In this document: positions 1 through 15,300 of the stretch, piece by piece
Numbering within the stretch: the stretch's first letter is position 1
Layout of the letters: each line of letters opens with the position of its first letter
DNA from: Eledone cirrhosa
Lineage: Eukaryota
Direction of reading: 5' to 3'
Assembly (NCBI GenBank): GCA_964016885.1
Contig: OZ024743.1
Span: 243,164,001 to 243,228,000, forward strand
Length of the DNA stretch: 64,000 nt
Made by a program: the position numbers and the translations under genes
Notes under the pieces: generated by a model
The model's database searches: none
The model's input: only the letters and a program-made list of their open reading frames with translations
What the model was told of the DNA's origin: nothing

Positions 1-1689
1 TGGTTTTGTATAATTGTAGTAGACACAGAACTGTACCAATCAAAATGGTTTGGTATAATTGTAGTAGACACAGCTGTACCAACCAAAATGGTTTGGTATA
101 ATTGTAGTAGACACAGCTGTACCAACCAAAATGGTTTTGTATAAGTGTAGTAGATACAGCTGTACCAACAAAAATGGTTTGGTATAATTTTAGTAGCCAC
201 AGCTGTACCAACTAAAATGCTTTGGTATAATTGTAGTAGACACAGCTGTACCAACCAAAATGGTTTGGTATAATTGTAGTAGACACAGCTGTACCAATCA
301 AAATGGTTTGGTATAATTGTAGTAGCCACAGCTGTACCAACCAAAATGGTTTGGTATAAATGTAGTAGACACAGCTGTACCAACCAAAATGGTTTGGTAT
401 AATTGTAGTAGACACAGCTGTACCAACCAAAATGGTTTGGTATAATTGTAGTAGACACAGCTGTACCAACCAAAATGGTTTGGTATAATTTGAGTAGCCA
501 CAGCTGTACCAACTAAAATGCTTTGGTATAAATGTAGGAGACACAGCTGTACAAACCAAAATGGTTTGGTATAATTGTAGTAGACACAGCTGTACCAACT
601 AAAATGGTGTGGTATAATTTTAGTAGCCACAGCTGTACCAACCAAAATGGTTTGGTATAATTGTAGTAGCCACAGCTGTACCAAACAAAATGGTTTGGTA
701 TAATTGTAGTAGACACAGCTGTACCAACCAAAATGGTTTGGTATAATTGTAGTAGCCACAGCTGTACCAACCAAAATGGTTTGGTATAATTGTAGTAGAC
801 ACAAGGCACTGTATCAACCAAAATGGTTTGGTATAATTGTAGTAGACACAGCTGTACCAACTATAATGGTTTAGTAATATTGTAGTAGACACAGAACTGT
901 ACCAACCAAAATGGTTTGGTATAATTGTAGTAGACACAGCTGTACCAACCAAAATGGTTTGGTATAATTGTAGTAGTTACAGCTGTACTAACTAAAATGG
1001 TTTGGTATAATTTTAGTAGCCACAGCTGTACCAACCAAAATGGTTTGGTATAATTGTAGTAGACACAGCTGTACCAACCAAAATGGTTTGGTATAATTGT
1101 AGTAGACACAGAACTGTACCAACCAAAATGGTTTGGTATAATTGTAGTAGACACAGCTGTACCAACCAAAATCGTTTTGTATAATTGTAGTAGATACAGC
1201 TGTACTAACTAAAATGGTTTGGTATAATTTTAGTAGCCACAGCTGTACCAACCAAAATGGTTTGGTATAATTGTAGTAGACACAGCTGTACCAACCAAAA
1301 TGGTTTGGTATAATTGTAGTAGACACAGAACTGTACCAACCAAAATGGTTTGGTATAATTGTAGTAGCCACAGCTGTACCAAGCAAAATGGTTTAGTATA
1401 ATTATAGAGGACACAGCTGTACCAACCAAAATGGTTTGGTATAATTGTAGTAGACACAGCTGTACCAACCAAAATGGTTTGGTATAATTTTAGTAGCCAC
1501 AGCTGTACCAACTAAAATGGTGTGGTATAATTCTAGTAGACACAGCTGTACCAACCAAAATGGTTTGGTATAATTGTAGTAGACGCAGCTGTACCAACTA
1601 AAATGGTTTGGTATAATTTTAGTAGACACAGCTGTACCAACCAAAATGGTTTGGTATAATTGTAGTAGCCACAGCTGTACCAACCAAAA

Positions 1690-3930
1690 TGGTTTGGTAT
1701 AATTGTAGTAGACACAAGGCACTGTATCAACCAAAATGGTTTGGTATAATTGTAGTAGACACAGTTGTACCAACCAAAATGGTTTAGTAATATTGTAGTA
1801 GACACAGAACTGTACCAACTAAAATGATTTGGTATAATTGTAGTAGACACAGAACTGTACCAACCAAAATGATTTGGTATAATTGTAGTAGACACAGCTG
1901 TACCAACCAAAATGGTTTAGTAATATTGTAGTAGACACAGAACTGTACGAACCAAAATGGTTTGGTATAATTGTAGTAAACACAGCTGTACCAACCAAAA
2001 TGGTTTGGAATAATTGTAGTAGACACAGCTGTACCAACCAAAACGGGTTGGTATAATTGTAGTAGACACAGCTGTACCAACCAAAATGGTTTGGTATAAT
2101 TGTAGTAGACACAGCTGTACCAACTAAAATGGTTTGGTATAATTTTAGTAGCCACAGCTGTACCAACTAAAATGCTTTGGTATAATTGTAGTAGACACAG
2201 CTGTACCAACCAAAATGGTTTGGTATAATTGTAGTGGCTACAGCTGTACCAACCAAAACGGTTTGGTATAATTGTAGTAGACACAGCTGTACCTACCAAA
2301 ATGGTTTGGTATAATTGTAGTAGACACAGCTGTACCAACCAAAATGGTTTGGTATAATTGTAGTAGACACAGCTGTACCAACCAAAATGGTTTGGTATAA
2401 TTGTAGTAGACACAGCTGTACCAACCAAAATGGTTTGGTATAATTTTAGTAGCCACAGCTGTACCAACTAAAATGCTTTGCTATAATTGTAGTAGACACA
2501 GCTGTACCAACCAGAGTGGTTTGGTATAATTGTAGTAGACACAGCTGTACCAACCAAAATGGTTTGGTATAATTGTAGTAGACACAGCTGTACCAACCAA
2601 AATGGTTTGGTATAATTGTAGTAGACACAGCTATACCAACCAAAATGGTTTGGTATAATTTTAGTAGACAGCTGTACCAACCGAAATGGTTTGGTATAAT
2701 TGTAGTAGACACAGCTGTACCAACCAAAATGGTTTGGTATAATTGTAGTGGACACAGCTGTACCAACCAAAATGGTTTGGTATAATTGTAGTAGACACAG
2801 CTGTACCAACCAAAATGATTTGGTATAATTGTAGTAGACACAGCTGTACCAACCAAAATGGTTTGGTATAATTGTAGTAGACACAAGGCACTGTATCAAC
2901 CAAAATGGTTTGGTATAATTGTAGTAGACACAGTTGTACCAACCAAAATGGTTTAGTAATATTGTAGTAGACACAGAACTGTACTAACTAAAATGATTTG
3001 GTATAATTGTAGTAGACACAGAACTGTACCAACCAAAATGATTTGGTATAATTGTAGTAGACACAGCTGTACCAACCAAAATGGTTTAGTAATATTGTAG
3101 TAGACACAGAACTGTACGAACCAAAATGGTTTGGTATAATTGTAGTAAACACAGCTGTACCAACCAAAATGGTTCGGAATAATTGTAGTAGACACAGCTG
3201 TACCAACCAAAATGGGTTGGTATAATTGTAGTAGACACAGCTGTACCAACCAAAATGGTTTGGTATAATTGTAGTAGACACAGCTGTACCAACTAAAATG
3301 GTTTGGTATAATTTTAGTAGCCACAGCTGTACCAACTAAAATGCTTTGGTATAATTGTAGTAGACACAGCTGTACCAACCAAAATGGTTTGGTATAATTG
3401 TAGTGGCTACAGCTGTACCAACCAAAACGGTTTGGCATAATTGTAGTAGACACAGCTGTACCTACCAAAATGGTTTGGTATAATTGTAGTAGACACAGCT
3501 GTACCGACCAAAATGGTTTGGTATAATTGTAGTAGACACAGCTGTACCAACCAAAATGGTTTGGTATAATTGTAGTAGACACAGCTGTACCAACCAAAAT
3601 GGTTTGGTATAATTTTAGTAGCCACAGCTGTACCAACTAAAATGCTTTGCTATAATTGTAGTAGACACAGCTGTACCAACCAGAGTGGTTTGGTATAATT
3701 GTAGTAGACACAGCTGTACCAACCAAAATGGTTTGGTATAATTGTAGTAGACACAGCTGTACCAACCAAAATGGTTTGGTATAATTGTAGTAGACACAGC
3801 TATACCAACCAAAATGGTTTGGTATAATTTTAGTAGACAGCTGTACCAACCAAAATGGTTTGGTATAATTGTAGTAGCCACAGCTGTACCAACCAAAATG
3901 GTTTGGTATAATTGTAGTGGACACAGCTGT
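1690..3930. repeat. Tandem block duplication, period 1169 bp (27 monomers), slightly diverged
   Basis: The 47-bp monomer at 1711 recurs at 2880. ORFs 1784..2467 and 2953..3636, and 1819..2166 and 2988..3335, are offset by 1169. Shared rare variants include TAGTGGCTACAG, ACCTACC, CCAGAGTGG and the 41-bp monomer. 1169 = 27x43 + 8. Confidence 0.9.
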
Positions 3931-6900
3931 ACCACCAAAATGGTTTGGTATAATTGTAGTAGCCACAGCTGTACCAACCAAAATGGTTTGGTATAATTGT
4001 AGTAGACACAGCTGTACCAACCAAGATGGTTTGGTATAATTGTAGTATACACAGCTGTACCAACCAAAATGGTTTGGTATAATTGTAGTAGACACAGCTG
4101 TACCAACCAAAATGGTTTGGTACAATTTTAGTAGCCACAGCTGTACCAACTAAAATTCTTTGGTATAATTGTAGTAGACACAGCTGTACCAACCAAAATG
4201 GTTTGGTATAATTGTTGTAGACACAGCTGTACCAACTAAAATGGTGTGGTATAATTTTAGAAGCCACAGCTGTACCAACCAAAATGGTTTGGTATAATTG
4301 TAGTAGCCACAGCTGTACCAACAAAAATGGTTTGGTATAATTGTAGTAGACACAGCTGTACCAACCAAAATGGTTTGGTATAATTGTAGTGGACACAGCT
4401 GTACCAACCAAAATGGTTTGGTATAATTGTAGTAGCCACAGCTGTACCAACCAAAATGGTTTGGTATAATTGTAGTAGACACAAGACACTGTATCAACCA
4501 AAATGGTTTGGTATACTTGTAGTAGACACAGCTGTACCAACCGAAATGGTTTAGTAATATTGTAGTAGACACAGAACTGTACCAACTAAAATGATTTGGT
4601 ATAATTGTAGTAGACACAGAAATGTACCAACCAAAATGGTTTGGTATAATTGTAGTAGAAACAGCTGTATCAACCAAAATGGTTTAGTAATATTGTAGTA
4701 GACACAGAACTGTACCAACCAAAATGGTTTGGTATAATTGTAGTAGACACAGTTGTACCAACCAAAATGGTTTGGTATAATTGTAGTAGACACAGCTGTA
4801 CCAACCAAAATGGTTTGGTATAATTGTAGTAGACACAGCTGTACCAACCAAAATGGTTTGGTATAATTTTAGTAGCCACAGCTGTACCAACTAAAATGCT
4901 TTGGTATAATTGTAGTAGACACAGCTGTACCAACCAAAATGGTTTGGTATAATTTTAGTAGCCACAGCTGTACCAACCAAAATGGTTTGGTATAATTGTA
5001 GTAGCCACAGCTGTACCAACCAAAATGGTTTGGTATAATTGTAGTAGACACAGCTGTACCAACCAAAATGGTTTTGTATAATTGTAGTAGACACAGAACT
5101 GTACCAATCAAAATGGTTTGGTATAATTGTAGTAGCCACAGCTGTACCAACCAAAATGGTTTGGTATAATTGTAGTAGACACAGCTGTACCAACCAAAAT
5201 GGTTTTGTATAATTGTAGTAGATACAGCTGTACCAACAAAAATGGTTTGGTATAATTTTAGTAGCCACAGCTGTACCAACTAAAATGCTTTGGTATAATT
5301 GTAGTAGCCACAGCTGTACCAACCAAAATGGTTTGGTATAATTGTAGTAGCCACAGCTGTACCAACCAAAATGGTTTGGTATAATTGTAGTAGACACAAG
5401 GCACTGTATCAACCAAAATGGTTTGGTATAATTGTAGTAGACACAGCTGTACCCACCAAAATGGTTTAGTAATATTGTAGTAGATACAGAACTGTACCAA
5501 CTAAAATGATTTGGTATAATTGTAGTAGACACAGAAATGTACCAACCAAAATGGTTTGGTATAATTGTAGTAGACACAGCTGTACCAACCAAAATGGTTT
5601 GGTATAATTTTAGTAGCCACAACTGTACCAACGAAAATGGTTTGGTATAATTGTAGTAGACACAGCTGTACCAACTATAATGGTTTAGTAATATTGTAGT
5701 AGACACAGAACTGTACCAACCAAAATGGTTTGGTATAATTGTAGTAGACACAGCTGTACCAACCAAAAACGTTTGGTATAATTTTAGTAGCCACAGCTGT
5801 ACCAACTAAAATGCTTTGGTATAATTGTAGTAGACACAGCTGTACCAACAAAAATGGTTTGGTATAATTTTAGTAGCCACAGCTGTACCAACGAAAATAG
5901 TTTGGTATAATTGTAGTAGCCACAGCTGTACCAACCAAAATGGTTTGGTATAATTGTAGTAGACACAGCTGTACCAACCAAAATGGTTTTGTATAATTGT
6001 AGTAGACACACAACTGAACCAATCAAAATGGTTTGGTATAATTGTAGTAGACACAGCTGTACCAACCAAAATGGTTTGGTATAATTGTAGTAGACACAGA
6101 ACTGTACCAACCAAAATGGTTTGGTATAATTGTAGTAGCCACAGCTGTACCAACCAAAATGGTTTAGTATAATTATAGTGGACACAGCTGTACCAACCAA
6201 AATGGTTTGGTATAATTGTAGTAGACACAGCTGTACCAACCAAAATGGTTTGGTATAATTTTAGTAGACACAGCTGTACCAACCAAAATGGTTTGGTATA
6301 ATTGTAGTAGCCACAGCTGTACCAACCAAAATGGTTTGGTATAATTGTAGTAGACACAGCTGTACCAACCAAAATGATTTGGTATGATTGTAGTAGACAC
6401 AGCTGTACCAACCAAAATGGTTTGGTATAATTGTAGTAGACACAAGGCACTGTATCAACCAAAATGGTTTGGTATAATTGTAGTAGACACAGTTGTACCA
6501 ACCAAAATGGTTTAGTAATATTGTAGTAGACACAGAACTGTACCAACTAAAATGATTTGGTATAATTGTAGTAGACACAGAACTGTACCAACCAAAATGA
6601 TTTGGTATAATTGTAGTAGACACAGCTGTACCAACCAAAATGGTTTAGTAATATTGTAGTAGACACAGAACTGTACGAACCAAAATGGTTTGGTATAAAT
6701 GTAGTAAACACAGCTGTACCAACCAAAATGGTTTGGAATAATTGTAGTAGACACAGCTGTACCAACCAAAATGGGTTGGTATAATTGTAGTAGACACAGC
6801 TGTACCAACCAAAATGGTTTGGTATAATTGTAGTAGACACAGCTGTACCAACTAAAATGGTTTGGTATAATTTTAGTAGCCACAGCTGTACCAACTAAAA

Positions 6901-9318
6901 TGCTTTGGTATAATTGTAGTAGACACAGCTGTACCAACCAAAATGGTTTGGAATAATTGTAGTAGACACAGCTGTACCAACCAAAATGGGTTGGTATAAT
7001 TGTAGTAGACACAGCTGTACCAACCAAAATGGTTTGGTATAATTGTAGTAGCCACAGCTGTACCAACCAAAATGGTTTGGTATAATTGTAGTGGACACAG
7101 CTGTACCAACCAAAATGGTTTGGTATAATTGTAGTAGCCACAGCTGTACCAACCAAAATGGTTTGGTATAATTGTAGTAGCCACAGCTGTACCAACCAAA
7201 ATGGTTTGGTATAATTGTAGTAGACACAGAACTGAACCAATCAAGATGGTTTGGTAAAATTGTAGTAGCCACAGCTGTACCAACCAAAATGGTTTGGTAT
7301 AATTGTAGTAGACACAGCTGTACCAACCAAAATGGTTTTGTATAATTGTAGTAATTACAGCTGTACCAACTAAAATGGTTTGGTAAAATTTTAGTAGCCA
7401 CAGCTGTACCAACCAAAATGGTTTGGTATAATTGTAGTAGACACAGCTGTACCAACCAAAATGGATTGGTATAATTGTTGTAGACACAGAACTGTACCAA
7501 CCAAAATGGTTTGGTATAATTGTAGTAGCGACAGCTGTACCAACCAAAATGGTTTAGTATAATTGTAGTGGACACAGCTGTACCAACCAAAATGGTTTGG
7601 TATAATTTTAGTAGCCACAGCTGTACCAACTAAAATGCTTTGGTATAATTGTAGTAGACACAGCTGTACCAACCAAAATGGTTTGGTATAATTGTAGTAG
7701 ACACAGCTGTACCAACTAAAATGGTTTGGTATAATTGTAGTAGACACAGCTGTACCAACCAAAATGGTTCGGTATAATTGTAGTAGCCACAGCTGTACCA
7801 ACCAAAATGGTTTGGTATAATTGTAGTAGACACAGCTGTACCAACCAAAATGGTTTAGTATAATTGTAGTAGCCACAGCTGTACCAACCAAAATGGTTTG
7901 GTATAATTGTAGTAGACGCAGCTGTACCAACCAAAATGGTTTGGTATAATTGTAGTAGACACAGCTGTACCAACCAAAATGGTTTGGTATAATTGTAGTA
8001 GACACAGCTCTACCAACCAAAATGGTTTGGTATAATTGTAGTAGAGACAAGGCACTGTATCAACCAAAATGGTTTGGTATAATTGTAGTAGACACAGCTG
8101 TACCAACCAAAATGATTTGGTATAATTATAGTAGACACAGAACTGTACCAACCAAAATGATTTGGTATAATTGTAGTAGACACAGCTGTACCAACCAAAA
8201 TGGTTTAGTAATATTGTAGTAGAGACAGAACTGCACCAACCAAAATGGTTTGTTATAATTGTAGTAGACACAGCTGTACCAACCAAAATGGTTTGGTATA
8301 ATTTTAGTAGCCACAGCTGTACCAACCAAAATGTTTTGGTATAATTGTAGTAGACACAGCTGTACCAACCAAAATGGTTTGGTATAATTGTAGTAGACAC
8401 AGAACTGTACCAACCAAAATGGTTTGGTATAATTGTAGTAGCCACAGCTGTACCAACCAAAATGGTTTGGTATAATTGTAGTAGCCACAGCTGTACCAAC
8501 CAAAATGATTTGGTATAATTGTAGTGGACACAGCTGTACCAACCAAAATGGTTTGGTATAATTGTAGTAGACACAGCTGTACCAACCAAAATGGTTTGGT
8601 ATAATAGTAGTAGACACAGAACTGTACCAACTAAAATGATTTGGTATAATTGTAGTGGACACAGAAATGTACAAACCAAAATGGTTTAGTATAATTGTAG
8701 TAGACACAGCTGTACCAACCAAAATGGTTTAGTAATATTGTAGTAGACACAGAACTGTACCAACCAAAATGGTTTGGTATAATTGTAGTAGACACAGCTG
8801 TACCAACCAAAATGGTTTGGTATATTTGTGGTAAACACAGTTGTACCAACCAAAATGGTTTGGTATAATATTAATAGCCACAGCTGTACCAACTAAAATG
8901 CTTTGGTATAATTGTAGTAGACACAGCTGTACCAACCAAAATGGTTTGGTATAATTTTAGTAGCCACAGCTGTACCAACCAAAATGGTTTGGTATAATTG
9001 TAGTAGACATAGCTCTACCAACCAAAATGGTTTTGTATAATTGTAGTAGACACAGAACTGAACCAATCAAAATGGTTTGGTATAATTGTAGTAGCCACAG
9101 CTGTACCAACCAAAATGGTTTGTTATAATTGTAGTAGACACAGCTGTACCAACCAAAATGGTTTTGTATAATTGTAGTAATTACAGCTGTACCAACTAAA
9201 ATGGTTTGGTATAATTTTAGTAGCAACAGCTGTACCAACCAAAGTGGTTCGGTATAATTGTAGTAGATACAGCTGTACCAACCAAAATGGATTGGTATAA
9301 TTGTAGTAGACACAGAAC

Positions 9319-12300
9319 TGTACCAACCAAAATGGTTTGGTATAATTGTAGTAGCCACAGCTGTACCAGCCAAAATGGTTTAGTGTAATTGTAGTGGACA
9401 CAGCTGTACCAACCAAAATGGTTTGGTATAATTGTAGTAGACACAGCTGTACAAACCAAAATGGTTTTGTATAATTTTAGTAGCCACAGCTGTACCAACT
9501 AAAATGCTTTGGTATAATTGTAGTAGACACAGCTGTACCAACCAAAATGTGTTGGTATAATTGTAGTAGACACAGCTGTACCAACTAAAATGGTTTGGTA
9601 TAATTTTAGTAGCCACAGCTGTACCAACCAAAATGGTTTGGTATAATTGTAGTAGACACAGCTGTACCAACCAAAATGGTTTGGTATAATTGTAGTAGCC
9701 ACAGCTGTACCAACCAAAATGGTTTGGTATAATTGTAGTAGACACAGCTGTACCAACCAAAATGGTTTGGTATAATTGTAGTAGACACAAGGCACTGTAT
9801 CAACCAAAATGGTTTGATATAATTGTAATAGACACAGCTGTACCAACCAAAATGGTTTAGTAATATTGTAGTAGACACAGAACTGTACCAACTAAAATGA
9901 TTTGGTATAATTGTACTAGACACAGAACTGTACCAACCAAAATGATTTGGTATAATTGTAGTAGACACAGCTGTACCAACCAAAATGGTTTTTGTATAAT
10001 TTTAGTAGCCACAGCTGTACCAACCAAAATGTTTTGGTATAATTGTAGTAGACACAGCTGTACCAACCAAAATGGTTTGGTATAATTGTAGTAGACCCAG
10101 AACTGTACCAACCAAAATGGTTTGGTATAATTGTAGTAGCCACAGCTGTACCAACCAAAATGGTTTGGTATAATTGTAGTAGACACAGCTGTACCAACCA
10201 AAATGGTTTGGTATAATTTTAGTAGACAGCTGTACCAACCAAAATGGTTTGGTATATTTGTAGTTGACACAGCTATACCAACCAAGATGGTTTGGTATAA
10301 TTGTAGTAGACACAGCTGTACCAACCAAAATGGTTTGCTATAATTGTAGTAGACACAGCTGTACCAACCAAAATGGTTTGGTATAATTTTAGTAGCCACA
10401 GCTGTAACAACCAAAATGGTTTGGTATAATTGTTGTAGACACAGCTGTACCAACCAAAATGGTTTGGTATAATTGTAGTAGACACAGCTGTACCAACTAA
10501 AATGGTGTGGTATAATTTTAGTAGCCACAGCTGTACCAACCAAAATGGTTTGGTATAATTGTAGTAGCCACAGCTGTACCAACGAAAATGGTTTGGTATA
10601 ATTGTAGTAGACACACCAGTACCAACCAAAATGGTTTGGTATAATTGTAGTAGCCACAGCTGTAACAACCAAAATGGTTTGGTATAATTGTAGTAGACAC
10701 AGCTGTACCAACCAAAATGGTTTAGTAATATTGTAGTAGACACAGAACTGTACCAACTAAAATGATTTGGTATAATTGTAGTAGACACAGAAATATACCA
10801 ACCAAAATGGTTTGGTATAATTGTAGTAGACACAGCTGTACCAACCAAAATGGTTTGGTATAATTGTAGTAGACACAGAACTGTACCAACCAAAATGGTT
10901 TGGTATAATTGTAGTAGCCACAGCTGTACCAACCAAAATGGTTTAGTATAATTATAGTGGACACAGCTGTACCAACCAAAATGGTTTGGTATAATTGTAG
11001 TAGACACAGCTGTACCAACCAAAATGGTTTGGTATAATTTTAGTAGCCACAGCTGTACCAACTAAAATGGTGTGGTATAATTCTAGTAGACACAGCTGTA
11101 CCAACCAAAATGGTTTGGTATAATTGTAGTAGACACAGCTGTACCAACTAAAATGGTTTGGTATAATTTTAGTAGACACAGCTGTACCAACCAAAATGGT
11201 TTGGTATAATTGTAGTAGCCACAGCTGTACCAACCAAAATGGTTTGGTATAATTGTAGTAGACACAGCTGTACCAACCAAAATGATTTGGTATGATTGTA
11301 GTAGACACAGCTGTACCAACCAAAATGGTTTGGTATAAATGTAGTAGACACAAGGCACTGTATCAACCAAAATGGTTTGGTATAATTGTAGTAGACACAG
11401 TTGTACCAACCAAAATGGTTTAGTAATATTGTAGTAGACACAGAACTGTACCAACTAAAATGATTTGGTATAATTGTAGTAGACACAGAACTGTACCAAC
11501 CAAAATGATTTGGTATAATTGTAGTAGACACAGCTGTACCAACCAAAATGGTTTAGTAATATTGTAGTAGACACAGAACTGTACGAACCAAAATGGTTTG
11601 GTATAAATGTAGTAAACACAGCTGTACCAACCAAAATGGTTTGGAATAATTGTAGTAGACACAGCTGTACCAACCAAAATGGGTTGGTATAATTGTAGTA
11701 GACACAGCTGTACCAACTAAAATGGTTTGGTATAATTTTAGTAGCCACAGCTGTACCAACCAAAATGGTTTGGTATAATTGTAGTAGACACAGCTGTACC
11801 AACCAAAATGGTTTGGTATAATTGTAGTAGCCACAGCTGTACCAACCAAAATGGTTTGGTATAATTGTAGTAGACACAGCTGTACCAACCAAAATGGTTT
11901 GGTATAATTGTAGTAGACACAAGGCACTGTATCAACCAAAATGGTTTGATATAATTGTAATAGACACAGCTGTACCAACCAAAATGGTTTAGTAATATTG
12001 TAGTAGACACAGAACTGTACCAACTAAAATGATTTGGTATAATTGTACTAGACACAGAACTGTACCAACCAAAATGATTTGGTATAATTGTAGTAGACAC
12101 AGCTGTACCAACCAAAATGGTTTTTGTATAATTTTAGTAGCCACAGCTGTACCAACCAAAATGTTTTGGTATAATTGTAGTAGACACAGCTGTACCAACC
12201 AAAATGGTTTGGTATAATTGTAGTAGACCCAGAACTGTACCAACCAAAATGGTTTGGTATAATTGTAGTAGCCACAGCTGTACCAACCAAAATGGTTTGG

Positions 12301-15300
12301 TATAATTGTAGTAGACACAGCTGTACCAACCAAAATGGTTTGGTATAATTTTAGTAGACAGCTGTACCAACCAAAATGGTTTGGTATATTTGTAGTTGAC
12401 ACAGCTATACCAACCAAGATGGTTTGGTATAATTGTAGTAGACACAGCTGTACCAACCAAAATGGTTTGCTATAATTGTAGTAGACACAGCTGTACCAAC
12501 CAAAATGGTTTGGTATAATTTTAGTAGCCACAGCTGTAACAACCAAAATGGTTTGGTATAATTGTTGTAGACACAGCTGTACCAACCAAAATGGTTTGGT
12601 ATAATTGTAGTAGACACAGCTGTACCAACTAAAATGGTGTGGTATAATTTTAGTAGCCACAGCTGTACCAACCAAAATGGTTTGGTATAATTGTAGTAGC
12701 CACAGCTGTACCAACGAAAATGGTTTGGTATAATTGTAGTAGACACACCAGTACCAACCAAAATGGTTTGGTATAATTGTAGTAGCCACAGCTGTAACAA
12801 CCAAAATGGTTTGGTATAATTGTAGTAGACACAGCTGTACCAACCAAAATGGTTTAGTAATATTGTAGTAGACACAGAACTGTACCAACTAAAATGATTT
12901 GGTATAATTGTAGTAGACACAGAAATATACCAACCAAAATGGTTTGGTATAATTGTAGTAGACACAGCTGTACCAACCAAAATGGTTTGGTATAATTGTA
13001 GTAGACACAGAACTGTACCAACCAAAATGGTTTGGTATAATTGTAGTAGCCACAGCTGTACCAACCAAAATGGTTTAGTATAATTATAGTGGACACAGCT
13101 GTACCAACCAAAATGGTTTGGTATAATTGTAGTAGACACAGCTGTACCAACCAAAATGGTTTGGTATAATTTTAGTAGCCACAGCTGTACCAACTAAAAT
13201 GGTGTGGTATAATTCTAGTAGACACAGCTGTACCAACCAAAATGGTTTGGTATAATTGTAGTAGACACAGCTGTACCAACTAAAATGGTTTGGTATAATT
13301 TTAGTAGACACAGCTGTACCAACCAAAATGGTTTGGTATAATTGTAGTAGCCACAGCTGTACCAACCAAAATGGTTTGGTATAATTGTAGTAGACACAGC
13401 TGTACCAACCAAAATGATTTGGTATGATTGTAGTAGACACAGCTGTACCAACCAAAATGGTTTGGTATAAATGTAGTAGACACAAGGCACTGTATCAACC
13501 AAAATGGTTTGGTATAATTGTAGTAGACACAGTTGTACCAACCAAAATGGTTTAGTAATATTGTAGTAGACACAGAACTGTACCAACTAAAATGATTTGG
13601 TATAATTGTAGTAGACACAGAACTGTACCAACCAAAATGATTTGGTATAATTGTAGTAGACACAGCTGTACCAACCAAAATGGTTTAGTAATATTGTAGT
13701 AGACACAGAACTGTACGAACCAAAATGGTTTGGTATAAATGTAGTAAACACAGCTGTACCAACCAAAATGGTTTGGAATAATTGTAGTAGACACAGCTGT
13801 ACCAACCAAAATGGGTTGGTATAATTGTAGTAGACACAGCTGTACCAACCAAAATGGTTTGGTATAATTGTAGTAGACACAGCTGTACCAACTAAAATGG
13901 TTTGGTATAATTTTAGTAGCCACAGCTGTACCAACTAAAATGCTTTGGTATAATTGTAGTAGACACAGCTGTACCAACCAAAATGGTTTGGAATAATTGT
14001 AGTAGACACAGCTGTACCAACCAAAATGGGTTGGTATAATTGTAGTAGACACAGCTGTACCAACCAAAATGGTTTGGTATAATTGTAGTAGCCACAGCTG
14101 TACCAACCAAAATGGTTTGGTATAATTGTAGTAGCCACAGCTGTACCAACCAAAATGGTTTGGTATAATTGTAGTAGACACAGAACTGAACCAATCAAGA
14201 TGGTTTGGTAAAATTGTAGTAGCCACAGCTGTACCAACCAAAATGGTTTGGTATAATTGTAGTAGACACAGCTGTACCAACCGAAATGGTTTTGTATAAT
14301 TGTAGTAATTACAGCTGTACCAACTAAAATGGTTTGGTAAAATTTTAGTAGCCACAGCTGTACCAACCAAAATGGTTTGGTATAATTGTAGTAGACACAG
14401 CTGTACCAACCAAAATGGATTGGTATAATTGTTGTAGACACAGAACTGTACCAACCAAAATGGTTTGGTATAATTGTAGTAGACACAGCTGTACCAACCA
14501 AAATGGTTTAGTATAATTGTAGTGGACACAGCTGTACCAACCAAAATGGTTTGGTATAATTTTAGTAGCCACAGCTGTACCAACTAAAATGCTTTGGTAT
14601 AATTGTAGTAGACACAGCTGTACCAACCAAAATGGTTTGGTATAATTGTAGTAGACACAGCTGTACCAACTAAAATGGTTTGGTATAATTGTAGTAGACA
14701 CAGCTGTACCAACCAAAATGGTTCGGTATAATTGTAGTAGCCACAGCTGTACCAACCAAAATGGTTTGGTATAATTGTAGTAGACACAGCTGTACCAACC
14801 AAAATGGTTTAGTATAATTGTAGTAGCCACAGCTGTACCAACCAAAATGGTTTGGTATAATTGTAGTAGACGCAGCTGTACCAACCAAAATGGTTTGGTA
14901 TAATTGTAGTAGACACAGCTGTACCAACCAAAATGGTTTGGTATAATTGTAGTAGACACAGCTCTACCAACCAAAATGGTTTGGTATAATTGTAGTAGAA
15001 ACAAGGCACTGTATCAACCAAAATGGTTTGGTATAATTGTAGTAGACACAGCTGTACCAACCAAAATGATTTGGTATAATTATAGTAGACACAGAACTGT
15101 ACCAACCAAAATGATTTGGTATAATTGTAGTAGACACAGCTGTACCAACCAAAATGGTTTAGTAATATTGTAGTAGAGACAGAACTGCACCAACCAAAAT
15201 GGTTTGTTATAATTGTAGTAGACACAGCTGTACCAACCAAAATGGTTTGGTATAATTTTAGTAGCCACAGCTGTACCAACCAAAATGTTTTGGTATAATT